From assembly GCA_001661245.1 (NCBI GenBank), contig KV454013.1, positions 838,502 to 902,501 of the forward strand: a DNA stretch of 64,000 nucleotides. Reading direction: 5' to 3'. Below the pieces are notes generated by a model. It worked only from the letters and a program-made list of their open reading frames with translations. It was not told the origin of the DNA and did not search any database. This document shows positions 31,361 to 43,832 of the stretch, piece after piece (the stretch's first letter is position 1; the number at the start of each line of letters is the position of its first letter). Source of the DNA: Pachysolen tannophilus NRRL Y-2460. Its lineage: Eukaryota. The translations under genes and the position numbers were made by a program.

Positions 31361-33772
31361 ATGGCAGGTCACTCACATAGGTCCACGTTGAAAAATAATC
31401 ATAAACCTTTCAAGTCAAGACATGCTTCTAAAAGTGCATTGAAAAATCAATATAAAGGTAAAGTAGAGAAAGATAATTCTTTAAAGACAAATAAAAAATT
31501 AAAGACTATTTCTAAATTTGATAGAAAAAATTTTAATAATCAACTCAAGAAAAATAAGATCTTGGCTTCGAGTTTGGAAAGAAAGATATTTAATGGACCT
31601 TCAGGTGTTGAAAAAATTGTTACAATCATTGCTTTAACTAATGATATATCTTGTATTGATATAGCAGAAAAATTAATTAATTCTTGTAAAGATAATGATG
31701 ATGAAATACAAGAAATATTAAAATTTCAAGTTCCTTCAGTTAGATCTGTTAAAATTAATAGATTTAAATCAAATTTAAAAATAATAATACCAGATGATTC
31801 AAATTTTATTTCATTATTAGATGCTTGTAAAATTTCAGATTTTGTTATATTTGGATTATCTGCTTCACAAGAAGTTGATCCAAAAATAGGTGAACAATTA
31901 TTAAGAGCTATTGAATTGCAAGGTATATCTTCAGTATTAGGTGTTGTTCCAAACCTGATTTCAGCATATCCAAATAGGAAAAATTTACAACTGGATGCTT
32001 TAAGATCTTTATCATTGTATTTTAATCATTTCTTCCCAGATCAAGAAAAACTTTATAATTTGGAAAATCCATCAGATTGTATTAATGCAACTAGTCTCTT
32101 ATGTCGTAAATTTCCCAAATCTGTAACATGGAGAGATTTACGTGGTTATATGCTAGCAAATTCTGTGGAATGGGTTCCATCATTAGAAAATAATAACGTT
32201 GAAGGTTATATGGCTGTTGAAGGTGTTGTTAGAGGTGTAGGTTTTACTGCAAATAGATTGATACATATTCCAGGTTATGGTGATTTTCAAATTGACCATA
32301 TAGAAAAAATTCCAACAAGATATCATCGTAATAATAAATTAGATGTTGAAATGGTTGATGAATCTGAAAATAAATTTTTCCCCAATATAAATCAAGAAAA
32401 TTTGGATGAATTAGCTCCATTAGAATATAACATGTCTGATGATGAACTTGAAAATGATATTAATGGGGACAAACTTGATGAAAAATCAATAAGAAGAGGA
32501 CTGAAAGATCAAAATATCGATGATTTCAACATTAAAAAGAGAATTCCTAAAGGTATGTCAGAATATCAATCTCGTTGGTTTTTAGAAGATGAATTAGAAG
32601 AATTAGTTGATGAAGTTGGTGCTGAAGAAGAATTACAAGAAATTTCAAAACAAAAATTAAAACAAGTCAATGGTGATGATGACGATGAAGACGATGATGA
32701 TGATGAAATGTCAGTTGAAGGCGAATATGATAATCAAGAAATGGATAATGAAGGTGAAATAGAACCTTCAGAAATGTTTGTTGATTTATCACCAGAAGAA
32801 GAAAGAAGACAATTAGAATTATTCAAACAACGTGAGCATGATGATTTAGAATTCCCTGATGAAATAGAATTATCTCCTTCTGAAAGTGCTATTGAAAGAT
32901 TGCAACGTTATAGAGGTATAAAATCGTTAGCTAGTTGTGAATGGGATTGTGATGAACAAGATAGTGGTAAGCAACCAAGTGAATGGTTAAGATTATTAAG
33001 AATTAAGAATTTCAAAGCAACGAAAAATAAAATAATAAAACAAGCTATAACTGAAGCCCAAGTTGTTGCTGGTGATAAAGTAAGGATATTTATTAAAGTA
33101 CCATTTTTTATTCTTGAAAAAATTGGTAACCCTTTACAACAACCTTTTATCATTTATGGACTATTAGAACATGAACATAAATTGGCTGTTTCTAATTTCT
33201 CGATTCAAACATGGGAAGATTATGATAAGCCAATCCCATCAAAAGATTCTATAATAGTTCAATATGGTCCAAGAAGACAATTAATCCAACCTGTTTTTGG
33301 TTCCAATTCAAATAACAAGAATAATGTCCATAAATATTCGAGATTCTTACATGAAAATAGTTTAGAAATTGCTACATGTATACTGCCAGTTACATTTACT
33401 AATTCACCTGCAATTTTCTTTAAGCAATCACTGGAAACTGGTAAAATTGAATTATTGGGCTCTGGTACTTTCCTTAATTGTGATCATACAAGAGTCCTAG
33501 CAAAGAGAATAGTATTGACCGGTGAACCATTCAAGATTCATAAGAAAGTTGTCACTGTCAGATATATGTTTTTCAACCCTGAAGATATCAATCATTTTAA
33601 GAGCATCCCATTATTCACCAAGATGGGTAGAGCAGGTTTTATTAGAGAAAGTTTGGGTACACATGGTTATTTCAAAGCTACTTTCGACAATAAATTAAAT
33701 GCACAGGATACTATTGCCATGGCTCTATACAAGAGAGTGTGGCCAAAACCTTCTATTATGTGGAGTGGTTAA
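31361..33772 (+). CDS. TSR1: Pre-40S assembly factor Tsr1
   Basis: MAGHSHRSTLK, FPDEIEL, GFIRESLGTHGYFKATFD, LYKRVWP. Confidence 0.97.
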   Translation: MAGHSHRSTLKNNHKPFKSRHASKSALKNQYKGKVEKDNSLKTNKKLKTISKFDRKNFNNQLKKNKILASSLERKIFNGPSGVEKIVTIIALTNDISCIDIAEKLINSCKDNDDEIQEILKFQVPSVRSVKINRFKSNLKIIIPDDSNFISLLDACKISDFVIFGLSASQEVDPKIGEQLLRAIELQGISSVLGVVPNLISAYPNRKNLQLDALRSLSLYFNHFFPDQEKLYNLENPSDCINATSLLCRKFPKSVTWRDLRGYMLANSVEWVPSLENNNVEGYMAVEGVVRGVGFTANRLIHIPGYGDFQIDHIEKIPTRYHRNNKLDVEMVDESENKFFPNINQENLDELAPLEYNMSDDELENDINGDKLDEKSIRRGLKDQNIDDFNIKKRIPKGMSEYQSRWFLEDELEELVDEVGAEEELQEISKQKLKQVNGDDDDEDDDDDEMSVEGEYDNQEMDNEGEIEPSEMFVDLSPEEERRQLELFKQREHDDLEFPDEIELSPSESAIERLQRYRGIKSLASCEWDCDEQDSGKQPSEWLRLLRIKNFKATKNKIIKQAITEAQVVAGDKVRIFIKVPFFILEKIGNPLQQPFIIYGLLEHEHKLAVSNFSIQTWEDYDKPIPSKDSIIVQYGPRRQLIQPVFGSNSNNKNNVHKYSRFLHENSLEIATCILPVTFTNSPAIFFKQSLETGKIELLGSGTFLNCDHTRVLAKRIVLTGEPFKIHKKVVTVRYMFFNPEDINHFKSIPLFTKMGRAGFIRESLGTHGYFKATFDNKLNAQDTIAMALYKRVWPKPSIMWSG

Positions 33773-34018
33773 AATCATTTTTAAATAATAATCATTATTT
33801 TATAATATATAGAGAACAAATTAATTTTTTTTTTTTTTTTTTTTTTTCTTTTGCTTTTTTTTAATTTTTCAAGCATTATTAAATAAATAGAATTAATAAA
33901 AAGACAATTGATAATTGATTGCTTTGGTAATAGCTTTGCTAATATAAGAAGAGATTAGATTATTCAACATCAATCATCAATAACTAATCGAAAGGTCACA
34001 GGTGTTTTAGTTTTAATC

Positions 34019-35329
34019 ATGGATTTATCTATATCGTTACCACATAGTCAAAATCCTCAGCGGTCTTCATTTATGTGTAATTCTTGTGCCATAAATTTTC
34101 CAACTGCTGATTTACAAAGATATCATATGAAAACCGAATGGCACAGGTATAATTTGAAAAGAAGAGTTGCACAGTTAGCTCCTGTAAGCTCTGATTTATT
34201 TGCAGAGAAGTTTATGTTGAGTCAAAATAAAGAATATGAAAGAGATGAAGATGAATATGGATTTGCATTATATAGCAAGAGAAGACCAAGAGATCAACCA
34301 AGAAAACAAATAACAAAGAAGGAGTTGAAAAGACAAGAGAAGTTGAAATTAAGAGGGAGGAATAATCTTCTTATTGGATTAGATGAGGGTCAAGGTGTTA
34401 CTAGAGATTTAAGTCCAGCTTCTGTTGCTGGATCAGAGTTTTCAAATTTCTCATTAGCTGAGTCACTTCAAACAAATTTAGAGAGCAATGATCGTGAATC
34501 GATTGGTGATACTCTTTCTGAATCTAGATCAGTTGAGGATGGTAGTGGATTGTATGATTATAGTTCAGATAATGAGTATGTTTCAGAAGAGACCACTGAT
34601 GATAATGAAGAAGAAGAAGATGATGATGATGATTATGATAACGATACAGCCGATGAAGACAAACTTATGCCAATAACAACATGTTTTTTTTGTGGAGATA
34701 CCAATGAAGGAATCGAGCAAAACATTGATCATATGTTCAAGTCTCATGGTTTATATATTCCAGAAAGATCAAATTTGAAGGATGTTACTGGATTATTGGA
34801 ATTTTTATCGTATATTTTTTCAATTGATAATGAGTGTTTAATTTGTGGATTCTTTGGGAAAAGTTTAGAAAGTTTGAGACAACATATGGTTGCTAAGGGA
34901 CATTGCAAGTTACCTTTTGAAACGAGAGAAGATAAAGAGTTTTTCGCTGATTTTTATGATTTTAATTCTTCAGATAATGGGGATCAAGAACAAAGCAGTT
35001 TATCAAACTTGAATAATTTGAATAATTTTGCAGAAGATCACAGTGAATTGGTTTTGGCCAATGGTTCGAGAGTAGCACATAGATCGATGATGTCACACTA
35101 TAATCATAGAAATTCATCATCTTTAGTTCCCAGAACTGAAGGCCAGAGAACCATAGCTGTTTCAGGAAGAAATTTCTGTGGAGGCCTTACACTCAAAGAA
35201 GTTAATAAGCTTACAAAAAACCAATACCTCCATCAACAAAAGGCTAAAAAAGCTTATGAAAAGAGAAGCGCAAAATATGGAAATTTTCAAGCACATTTTA
35301 GAGATGATGTTTTTGGAACCACAAGTTAA
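34019..35329 (+). CDS. REH1: Cytoplasmic 60S maturation zinc-finger protein Reh1
   Basis: CNSC..LQRYHMKTEWHRYNLKRR, EDEYGF, HMFKSHGLYIPE, NFQAHFRD. Confidence 0.85.
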   Translation: MDLSISLPHSQNPQRSSFMCNSCAINFPTADLQRYHMKTEWHRYNLKRRVAQLAPVSSDLFAEKFMLSQNKEYERDEDEYGFALYSKRRPRDQPRKQITKKELKRQEKLKLRGRNNLLIGLDEGQGVTRDLSPASVAGSEFSNFSLAESLQTNLESNDRESIGDTLSESRSVEDGSGLYDYSSDNEYVSEETTDDNEEEEDDDDDYDNDTADEDKLMPITTCFFCGDTNEGIEQNIDHMFKSHGLYIPERSNLKDVTGLLEFLSYIFSIDNECLICGFFGKSLESLRQHMVAKGHCKLPFETREDKEFFADFYDFNSSDNGDQEQSSLSNLNNLNNFAEDHSELVLANGSRVAHRSMMSHYNHRNSSSLVPRTEGQRTIAVSGRNFCGGLTLKEVNKLTKNQYLHQQKAKKAYEKRSAKYGNFQAHFRDDVFGTTS

Positions 35330-35660
35330 TATTCATCGGTTTATTTTTATTTATTACTACTTGTTACGCTTCCACGTATACAATCAACGGAGTTTTTTTT
35401 TTTTTCAATCAAATGAACTATTTTCAACGGATAAAACTAGGTTCTTCCCCCATATAAATGGTAAATGGCTCTCTTGTAGTTCTCTTGTAGGCTCTCTTTA
35501 TCTTGTCCCGCAGGGTAACCACGCAAGAAATTTTTTTTTCTTTTTTTTTTTGGCCTCGCAGGAAAATGAGTTGAAAAAATTTAAATGAAGTTTCTTATAT
35601 ATCCAATCTATTATTTCTTTCTTTCTTTTTTTTTTTCTTTTTTTCCTTTTTTCTTTCCTT

Positions 35661-35865
35661 AATCAAAAAGTATATTTCAGGAGGTATTTGCCACGGCGGA
35701 TTAACGTTAATTGTCAAGTTATATTCGTTGCCATTTAAAGAATATAAAATATTTTTTACTTGTCACCTCCGAGACAAAATTTTTTATACCCGGATAGGAA
35801 GTTTGAGATTCGTGTGTCTCTTAAGTGAGATGATGAACTTGAATGTCGATAGAAGGGTAACATTC
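35661..35865 (+). ncRNA. SNR34: H/ACA snoRNA snR34
   Basis: Hairpin 1 with TGCCAC..GCCA pocket, AAAGAATA H-box region, hairpin 2 GGATAGGAAG..ATGTCGA and ACA at 35860-35862. Matches recalled yeast snR34. Confidence 0.8.
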
Positions 35866-36327
35866 TTGCTAGCATTAGTCTCATTTGATACATGAGCAAG
35901 CTGCAATTAATAAAAAAATCTATTCTAGTAGACCAGTGAACCAAATAAGAAAAAGAAAAAAATCTATCTCTTTCAAGCTTTTTTTTAATTACCATTCTCA
36001 TTTCAATATTTGTTTCCACATCTTACATAGGAGGATTTACACTTACTGAAATCCATATCTCTTTGCTCTTGAATGATTCAAAGTTGTAATCTATTCATCT
36101 TTATGAAACCAACTCAACTCAACTCAACTCAACTGTTCGATTTTACGGTATTAAAGAAATGGTCGTGCGAATATCTTCGAATTCTACTTTTTCGGTAATT
36201 AGCTGTAAATCAAAACAAACCTTTTTTAGTCTAATCTAGTTATCTCAAATTATTTAATAAGAACAAAGTATTGATTTTTAATTGATTTACTGATATAGAA
36301 GCTGTGGTGAAGAGATTGTAAATTGTT

Positions 36328-39133
36328 ATGGGTAAGTTTTAACTTTAAGTATATTTGTGTGCTTATTTGACAATTTTTTTCTTTTTCTTGTGGTTATTTT
36401 GTAATATATGATAGACTAACATGATTTTAAATTTTTTTTATTTTGTTGTTAGATAAATCAATTGCTAAAGGCTTACATGATCGTCTTTATGATAAACGTA
36501 AAGCGGCAGCTTTAGAATTGGAAAAAGTTATTAAGCAATGTCTTGCAGAGGGAAATTCTCCAAAAATTAGAGAAATAATTAATGATCTTTGTTGTGGGTA
36601 TGCTTATGCTGTTCATCAACCTAATGCAAGAAATGGTGGATTAATTGGTCTTGCCGCTGCTGCAATAGCTTTGGGTCAAAATGAAGTTGCAAATTATTTA
36701 GAAGATATTATTCATCCTGTATTGGCATGTTTTGGAGATCAAGATGCGAGAGTTCGGTATTATGCTTGTGAAGCGTTATATAATATTTCAAAAGTTGCAA
36801 AAGGTGAAGTTTTATTATATTTTAATGAAATATTTGATGTTTTATGTAAATTATCTTCAGATTCAGAAATGAGTGTTAAAAAAGGTGCTGATTTATTGGA
36901 TAGATTAATTAAAGATATTGTTGCAGAGAAGGCAGCAACATATGTTTCTGTATTACAAACAAGAGATCCTACTGAATTGTTAAAAAATAATACAATTGTG
37001 GATAGTGATGGTAAAACATTACAAATTAATGAACCACAAGAACCAACAGCATTTAATTTACAAAAATTTATTCCATTATTGACTGAAAGAATATTTGTTA
37101 TTAATCCATTTACTAGAATGTTTTTAGTAAGTTGGATTAAATTATTAGATTCAATTCCTGATTTAGAACTTGTTTCATATTTACCAACTTTCTTGGGTGG
37201 ATTAATTTCATTTTTAAGTGATACACATAAAGATGTACGAGTAGTGACTCATAATTTATTAGATTTATTTTTACATGAAATAAGAAGAATTTCAGAAATT
37301 AAAGAATTTGTTGAAGAAAGAGATAAACAATTGGAACTAAAACGGAAAAATCATGAAAATGGAAGTGAACCAACAAATAATTCATTAGAAAATGTTTCCA
37401 AAAAAATCCAAGATGAAGAAACTAATGATAATGTATATGAAGATCCCGATGATACTTCAACTTCAGAAGGTGCATTATACATTCCAGGTCAAGATGTAGT
37501 TTTGGATTATCCAAGAATAATTGATATTTTAATATCTCATTTGGATTCTTCAGAAGAAGAAATTCAATTGGTAGTATTGTCTTGGATAGAAACTCTTTTA
37601 GAGATATCATCACAAAGTTTCTTGGATTATATACCGAAATTGTTAATGGTATTGTTACAAACTATGGCAAATGAAAGTGAACAGTTGAGAGAAAATTCAA
37701 AATTGGTAAATAATCATTTAATGGAATTGGTATTAAACCTTGATGAAGAACAAGATAAAAGATTAAATTACTCTCCAATTATCAATACCCTTATTTTACA
37801 TTTTACCAATGAAAAACCAATAACAAGAGTTGCTTCTATTGATTGGTTAACAATGTTACATAATAAAAATCCTAAACAATTGTTAGAACATGGTGATAAC
37901 ACATTTTTAACGTTATTGAAAGCTTTGAGTGATCAAAGTGAAGAAGTTATCAATAAAGATTTACAATTGTTATCAAAAATTTCAAATGAAAGTGATGATG
38001 TATATTTTAATTCCTTTATGAGTGATTTATTAACTTTGTTCAAAAATGATAGAAAATTATTAGAGACTAGAGGAAGTTTTATTATTAGAACTATGTGTAT
38101 TTCATTAAATCCAGAAAGAATTTTTAAATCACTTGCAGAAGTATTAGAAGAAGAAAAAGATTTAAATTTTGTCAGTATAATCATTCAAATTTTAAATAAT
38201 AATTTATTAACAGCGCCGGAATTAAATAAATTGAGGAAAAAATTAACTTCATTAACTACATCAGATTCTGTTTCCAATAATGAAGGATGGATAACTTTTT
38301 CAACACTTTTCAAAAGTTGGTGTCATAACCCAGCCGCACTGTTATCTCTATGTTTAATTTCACAAAATTATCAATTAGCTTACAATATTTTAACTGAACT
38401 TGTTGAATATGAAATTACAATCAATTTATTGGTTCAGTTAGATATATTAATTCAATTATTAGAAAGCCCAGTTTTCACTAAATTAAGATTACAGTTATTA
38501 GAAGCGGAAAAGTATCCCTATTTATACAAATGTCTTTACGGGATATTAATGTTACTACCTCAATCTTTAGCATTTAAAACTTTGCAAAATAGATTAAACA
38601 GTGTTGGTCCTATAGCAAATATTTCTCACATTTTCCCAACTTCAACACCAGATGATAAAAAATCATCTTCTAATATCGAACTGGACTCTACTTTTGTCAA
38701 TGAACAAAATTCGTTATTAGAACATTTCAAAAACACACAGATAAGACATGATCTGTTTAAAAATAATGTATTGGATAATGTGGATAGAAAATTTGAATCA
38801 ACATCTAAGATAAAACAAAATTACAGAACAAGTTTATCTAAAAATTTAACTAAGTCTTTACAAAGTTTAAATTCGAATGATGCTAGTGGTTCAAGTGAAG
38901 CCACTAGGATCGCTAATTTTAATACCAGTAATCATGGTTTAGATAATACTAAAGGAACGCCATACACTTACGGTATTGATAACGGTTTGGGAGAAACGAG
39001 TAGTAATAGAACTTCTGCAGGTTCTCCAGTATCATTCGCTGATAAAAAGAATCATAAAAGTGATAATATAGTTAGAAAACTAAGCGGTAGATCTTTTGGT
39101 ATAAAAGGTTTTGGAAGTGATCATAGAACTTAA
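36328..39133 (+). CDS. VAC14: PI(3,5)P2 regulatory scaffold; exons 36328-36331 and 36453-39133
   Basis: ATG G|GTAAGT..GACTAAC..TAG|AT gives MDKSIAKG. Also ARNGGLIGLAA, VRYYACE and LLESPVFTKLRLQLLE. Confidence 0.95.
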
Positions 39134-40363
39134 CTACATAGAAGCAGAAATAATAATAATATTGATAATTACTTTTAACATTTTTTTTATAACCCTTTTA
39201 ATTTGTAACAAACGATGTAAACTTGAATAGAAATCTGATATAAAAAAAATTGAAGATCATTTAACAAGACCACTCATTGGCGGCCAATATTTATAGCTTT
39301 AATGTCTTCTAGCTATTATCTGTTGTATTACTGGATCTGACTGTAAAAGTTATTTGAACAACTTTTCAATGTACCTATTATGCTATAATTGTTAACCCCT
39401 TGAGAACAAGCGATGACTTTTTCTTTGGCCAGATTGTGTTATCATTCACAGTTTATAATACTGTCAAGTCCAACCTTGAAATTACTTCAGATACAGGTCT
39501 ACCGTATGCAACATAATGTGATCGGGTCTCTCGGTTCTTGCTACTAAATTTACAAATGATGGCTTTTTATCTCTAAGGACGGTACTTCTCTTCCCGATGG
39601 GCTGGTATGCACCATTGCTGCAAGTAGCTGTTTCTAAATAAAATAAAATTGATTATACAAAGACTCTGGTCAGAACAATCTGCTGTTTTCTCATTAGGGG
39701 TGTTACCCCTACTTAAACAGCTTTTGCGATCTCAATATTTACACTTGTGTCGTTGATGCTAATCAAAATTTTAGTTTTGTTAATTCCTCAACAGATGTAT
39801 GGATCTAGCTATTAAATAAATGAATTGGAGACGATTAGTTCTATTTTAGCTTGTTGCCAATTGCATTTAGTTGATTTATAATTGATCGGATAACAGTTCA
39901 AGAGTCCAAAGGTTATTCCGAGACTGTATACGTAATAAAATTTACAAAAGTTTTTAATTTTTATCTTCTTATCATTTCCCTTCTACATCCTAAGGACTGA
40001 ATATGCATTGTTTCTGTGTATGAATTACAACGTTTCAATAAATGTAATGATTTCCCCCAATTTCTTGAGAATTGTATACCGACGGAACTCGGTAAAGATT
40101 TAGTACAAATTGGGGTTTCGTTTGAGTATTACTAATACAATGTATTAATAATACTCATTAAACTGTTTAGGCCATTGCTAATTTGTTCATAGATTGCTTA
40201 GTCGATGAAATTTCGGTAATCCGTAGCACTTTCCATGCTTTAAGGACAATATTAAATACTTTGATTTATAAGTTCAATAAGTTGTATAAATCCAATTCAA
40301 GTTTACTCGTTTTCTAGTTTTCTTTTTTAATTTTTTTTTTGTTTTTTCTGTGTAACTCTAAAC

Positions 40364-41491
40364 ATGGTTTACAAAGTTGTTATCATTGGAGCTGGATCTA
40401 ATCCACTGCTAACGTCATGGGCTTCTAAGAGTCATATTCCTGCATTACAAGCATTGGATAAAGAATATGAAATTGCAGGGATACTCAATTCTTCGGTAGA
40501 GTCAGGAATCAAAGCACGAAAGCTATTTAAATTTTCTGACCAAGTGAAAGTCTATGAAAATATACAGCAAGTTGCAGACGATGTAAGCATTGATCTTGTG
40601 GTAGTGACTATTAAGGTCCTGAAGCATTGGAAATCGACAATTCCCTTTTTGGCTTCTGGTCAAAAGAAAATAGTATATGTTGAATGGCCTCTAGGCAAAG
40701 ATGTTGAGGAGGCTAAGAAATTATCAGCTTTAGCTAAGCAGTATAACATTACTACCTTAGTCGGTCTCCAGAGTCGTTTTGATCCAGTCATTTCAAAAGT
40801 AAAAGATTTAATTACAACTGGGGTCATTGGTAACGTGACATCGGTCTCGTTTCTTGCTTCAGCTTCAGAATGGGGATATTTCAGCTCTCATGCCGATTTT
40901 TATTTATCTGATGTTGAAAAGAGAGCTAGAAATACCCTCCTTAGAATTCCTGGTGGCCACTCCTTGGATGCAATAAGATTTGTGCTTGGTCAAGAATTCA
41001 CTTCTGTTAAGGCAAGGGTTGATACGAAGTTTAAAAAAGTGACAATAGTTGATACAACAGGTAAACCTACAGGTGAGGTTATAGAAAAGACAACTCCAGA
41101 CCACATCAATTTGGTGGCTACACTTGGGAAAGATATTTTACTTTCGTACAGTGTAAGTGGTGGTCAGACTACACCATTGACCCCAGGGTTAGAGTGGCAC
41201 ATAAGAGGAACAAAAGGTGATATCTTTGTTCAAGGTCCGAGTGCCTTTACTCAATTTATACCTTTAAAAATGAGTTATGCAACTACTGATAGTAAAGGCA
41301 AAATCAATGAGTTTGTTCCTGAGTACGATGGTACTGTAGGAAACATCCAAGATCTTTGGAAGACTTTTGCCGAGAACCCCGACGAGGATCGTGAAAACCG
41401 ATTGGTGGATTTTGAAGGAGCCGTAACCTTACACAAGGTCCTTGAGGCAATTCAGCAGTCATCAGATACTGGAAAGGAGATTTTTCTTTGA
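40364..41491 (+). CDS. Gfo/Idh/MocA (Gal80-like fold) oxidoreductase
   Basis: VVIIGAG, WASKSHIPAL, VYVEWPLG, VGLQSRF, IPGGHSLD. Confidence 0.85.
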   Translation: MVYKVVIIGAGSNPLLTSWASKSHIPALQALDKEYEIAGILNSSVESGIKARKLFKFSDQVKVYENIQQVADDVSIDLVVVTIKVLKHWKSTIPFLASGQKKIVYVEWPLGKDVEEAKKLSALAKQYNITTLVGLQSRFDPVISKVKDLITTGVIGNVTSVSFLASASEWGYFSSHADFYLSDVEKRARNTLLRIPGGHSLDAIRFVLGQEFTSVKARVDTKFKKVTIVDTTGKPTGEVIEKTTPDHINLVATLGKDILLSYSVSGGQTTPLTPGLEWHIRGTKGDIFVQGPSAFTQFIPLKMSYATTDSKGKINEFVPEYDGTVGNIQDLWKTFAENPDEDRENRLVDFEGAVTLHKVLEAIQQSSDTGKEIFL

Positions 41492-42441
41492 ATTTTCTCT
41501 CTTTTTCGTGATAAAACACCATTACATCAATTCCAAAAATTATTTAAGGTGTACTCTTAGATGCGCATCATACATGTATGTAGTTATTTCATCGGTAACT
41601 ACGCTTAACTTGAAGTAAACAAAGAGAAAAAAAAATAAAAAAAAAAACTTCTACTGTAGGAACACTTTTAATGTAGATTACTATCCATCTCATCACATCT
41701 CATCTCTATATGAAATATAATATAATGGCAATTAATAAATACTCAATAATTATTAGAGATCTTTTCTTTAAAAAATCATTTCGACACTACCCTTCCTTTT
41801 ACTCTTCCTTCTACTCAGAATGTGGCTCTATTTGGTAAGATCTAGTGTGAACTTTTTATATTAGCCGTATCAACAATCAATCGTTCAGCGTTATTATCGG
41901 CCAAAGATTTAGTATGGTAGTGTATATATATAGTACTCGTACGCATACACAATAATGATCCTCCGGCATATTCCTGCAGTTCGCGGAGGCAACAATAAGA
42001 GTGCCAAGGAATCTTTTAAACGCAGACAAAAGTACCTCGAATACTACTACTACTACTACTATTACTACTACTTTAGATACAGATTATATAATATAATAAA
42101 TATATATATTAAGTAGTAATAAGAAGCAAATTTCAGTAACTTAATCCATGTTCTTGCAGCCAAGAATTACCAGAAGGGGCACAAAAGAAAAAGAAAAAAG
42201 AAAAAAGAAAAATTATAGTTTTTCATGTTTTTTTACTCTTACTTCTACTCCACTCAAATAACTCAACCCCGACAATCACAAAAAGAGATCTACACGCTCC
42301 AGATTAATATCGTAAAAAGTCTTGTGACTAAAAGAAATTTAAAGTGACAAGGTTTATCTTAAAGATAAACTTTTAATTTTCGTTTAAGCGACTCGAGCTT
42401 AAAGTTAAAAAGACAGACGATTCGCGAAATAATAATTTCAT

Positions 42442-42474
<33 letters not shown>

Positions 42475-43832
42475 GGAAAAAAAAAAAAAAAAGAAATGCA
42501 CTATAGCTGGATGAACCGAACCCCACTTTTGAACAAACTGAAATTACACTAGTACTAATTTTTCAATTTTTGTTGATTGAGCTGGTCGTTCAGACGCTGA
42601 AGAAGTGTAAAAGTTTCTTCTACATCTATTGTTTTTCGATGGCGGTAGGTCTCTGTACTAGGTACTTGGTCTAGAGTCTAGTTCTTTATGGCTAGTTTTA
42701 ACAATTTGCACGTATCTGGAATTTACAATATGCAAATATTTCTTGTAACCATGGCTTCTTATGTCTAAAAAAGCAAAAAAAAAAATTAAAATTAAAAATT
42801 AAAATGTACCCTTAAACATTTGAATCAAGATTGTAAATGCGTAATTATTATTTATTATAAGCTAATATTTACTAATACGGAAACTGTTCGCATGGCCCAA
42901 AAAAAAAAATTTTTTTTTAAACAAAAAAAAAAAAAGACTTGAAATCTTGGTATTAATTATTAGATAAGTAACTGTTTGCTCATACGAGTCAATCATATGA
43001 TAGTAATTTTAAAGTACTACGGTACTAATGTCAGTAAAAAGAAATGTGACCTCAACTTCTTTATCTTTCATATCTGAAACTTTAAAACTCTCTGCTTTTT
43101 CCTAAATAAGGTTGAAATATGTGAGAAGTCAAAAGTGCTGTAGGTTTAAAGTTTAAAAAAGAAATTCTTGAAGATGCATATCCAATTATGGGTTGGTTTT
43201 GTATAAACCATAAGGTTGTAAAAAGAAAAGTTCAATAAGTTTTTTTTTAATTTTTTTTCTCTCACTCACTCAATTGTGCAAACCATTTGTTAATATCCAA
43301 TTACACATTCAAGCAATGTTGTTAATTTAGCTGGATTCTTCTTATTTCTTTAAAGTTTTTTTTTTTTTTATTTTTATTTATTTGTCTTCATTCGAATTGA
43401 GTCAGATATGGTAGGTAGTAAGCTTTTAAACATGCATTAGTGAATAGTTAAGTTCTTCATATTGACTAACTAGATGAGGAAAAAAAAAGAAAAAAAATTT
43501 TTTTTTTTTTTTTTCTTCTTTCTCTCTCTCTCTCTACCTTACTTTGTTGATGCATGAAGAAGACTTGCTTGCAGTTTTTACTTAGTTTGTCTTTTGAGTT
43601 TTCCAAGCTGCAGATTTCTTCAATGTTTTATCGGATTTCACAATGTAAAAAACCAAAAAGAAATGTAAAGACAAAAAAATTTCTTTTCGTTGAAGCCTTG
43701 TAGTGATATTAAACAGTATCATATATATATATATGAGATGTGTTTTCCCTAACTACTTAATTAGATTAAGTTGTAATAAGAGATTGAAAAATAAAATTAT
43801 CAAGAGAATTATTTGGAAAAAAATATTTACAA

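Noticed and set aside
35756..36019. 87-aa minus-strand ORF
   Set aside because: Overlaps snR34 antisense, has a non-ATG start and no protein features.
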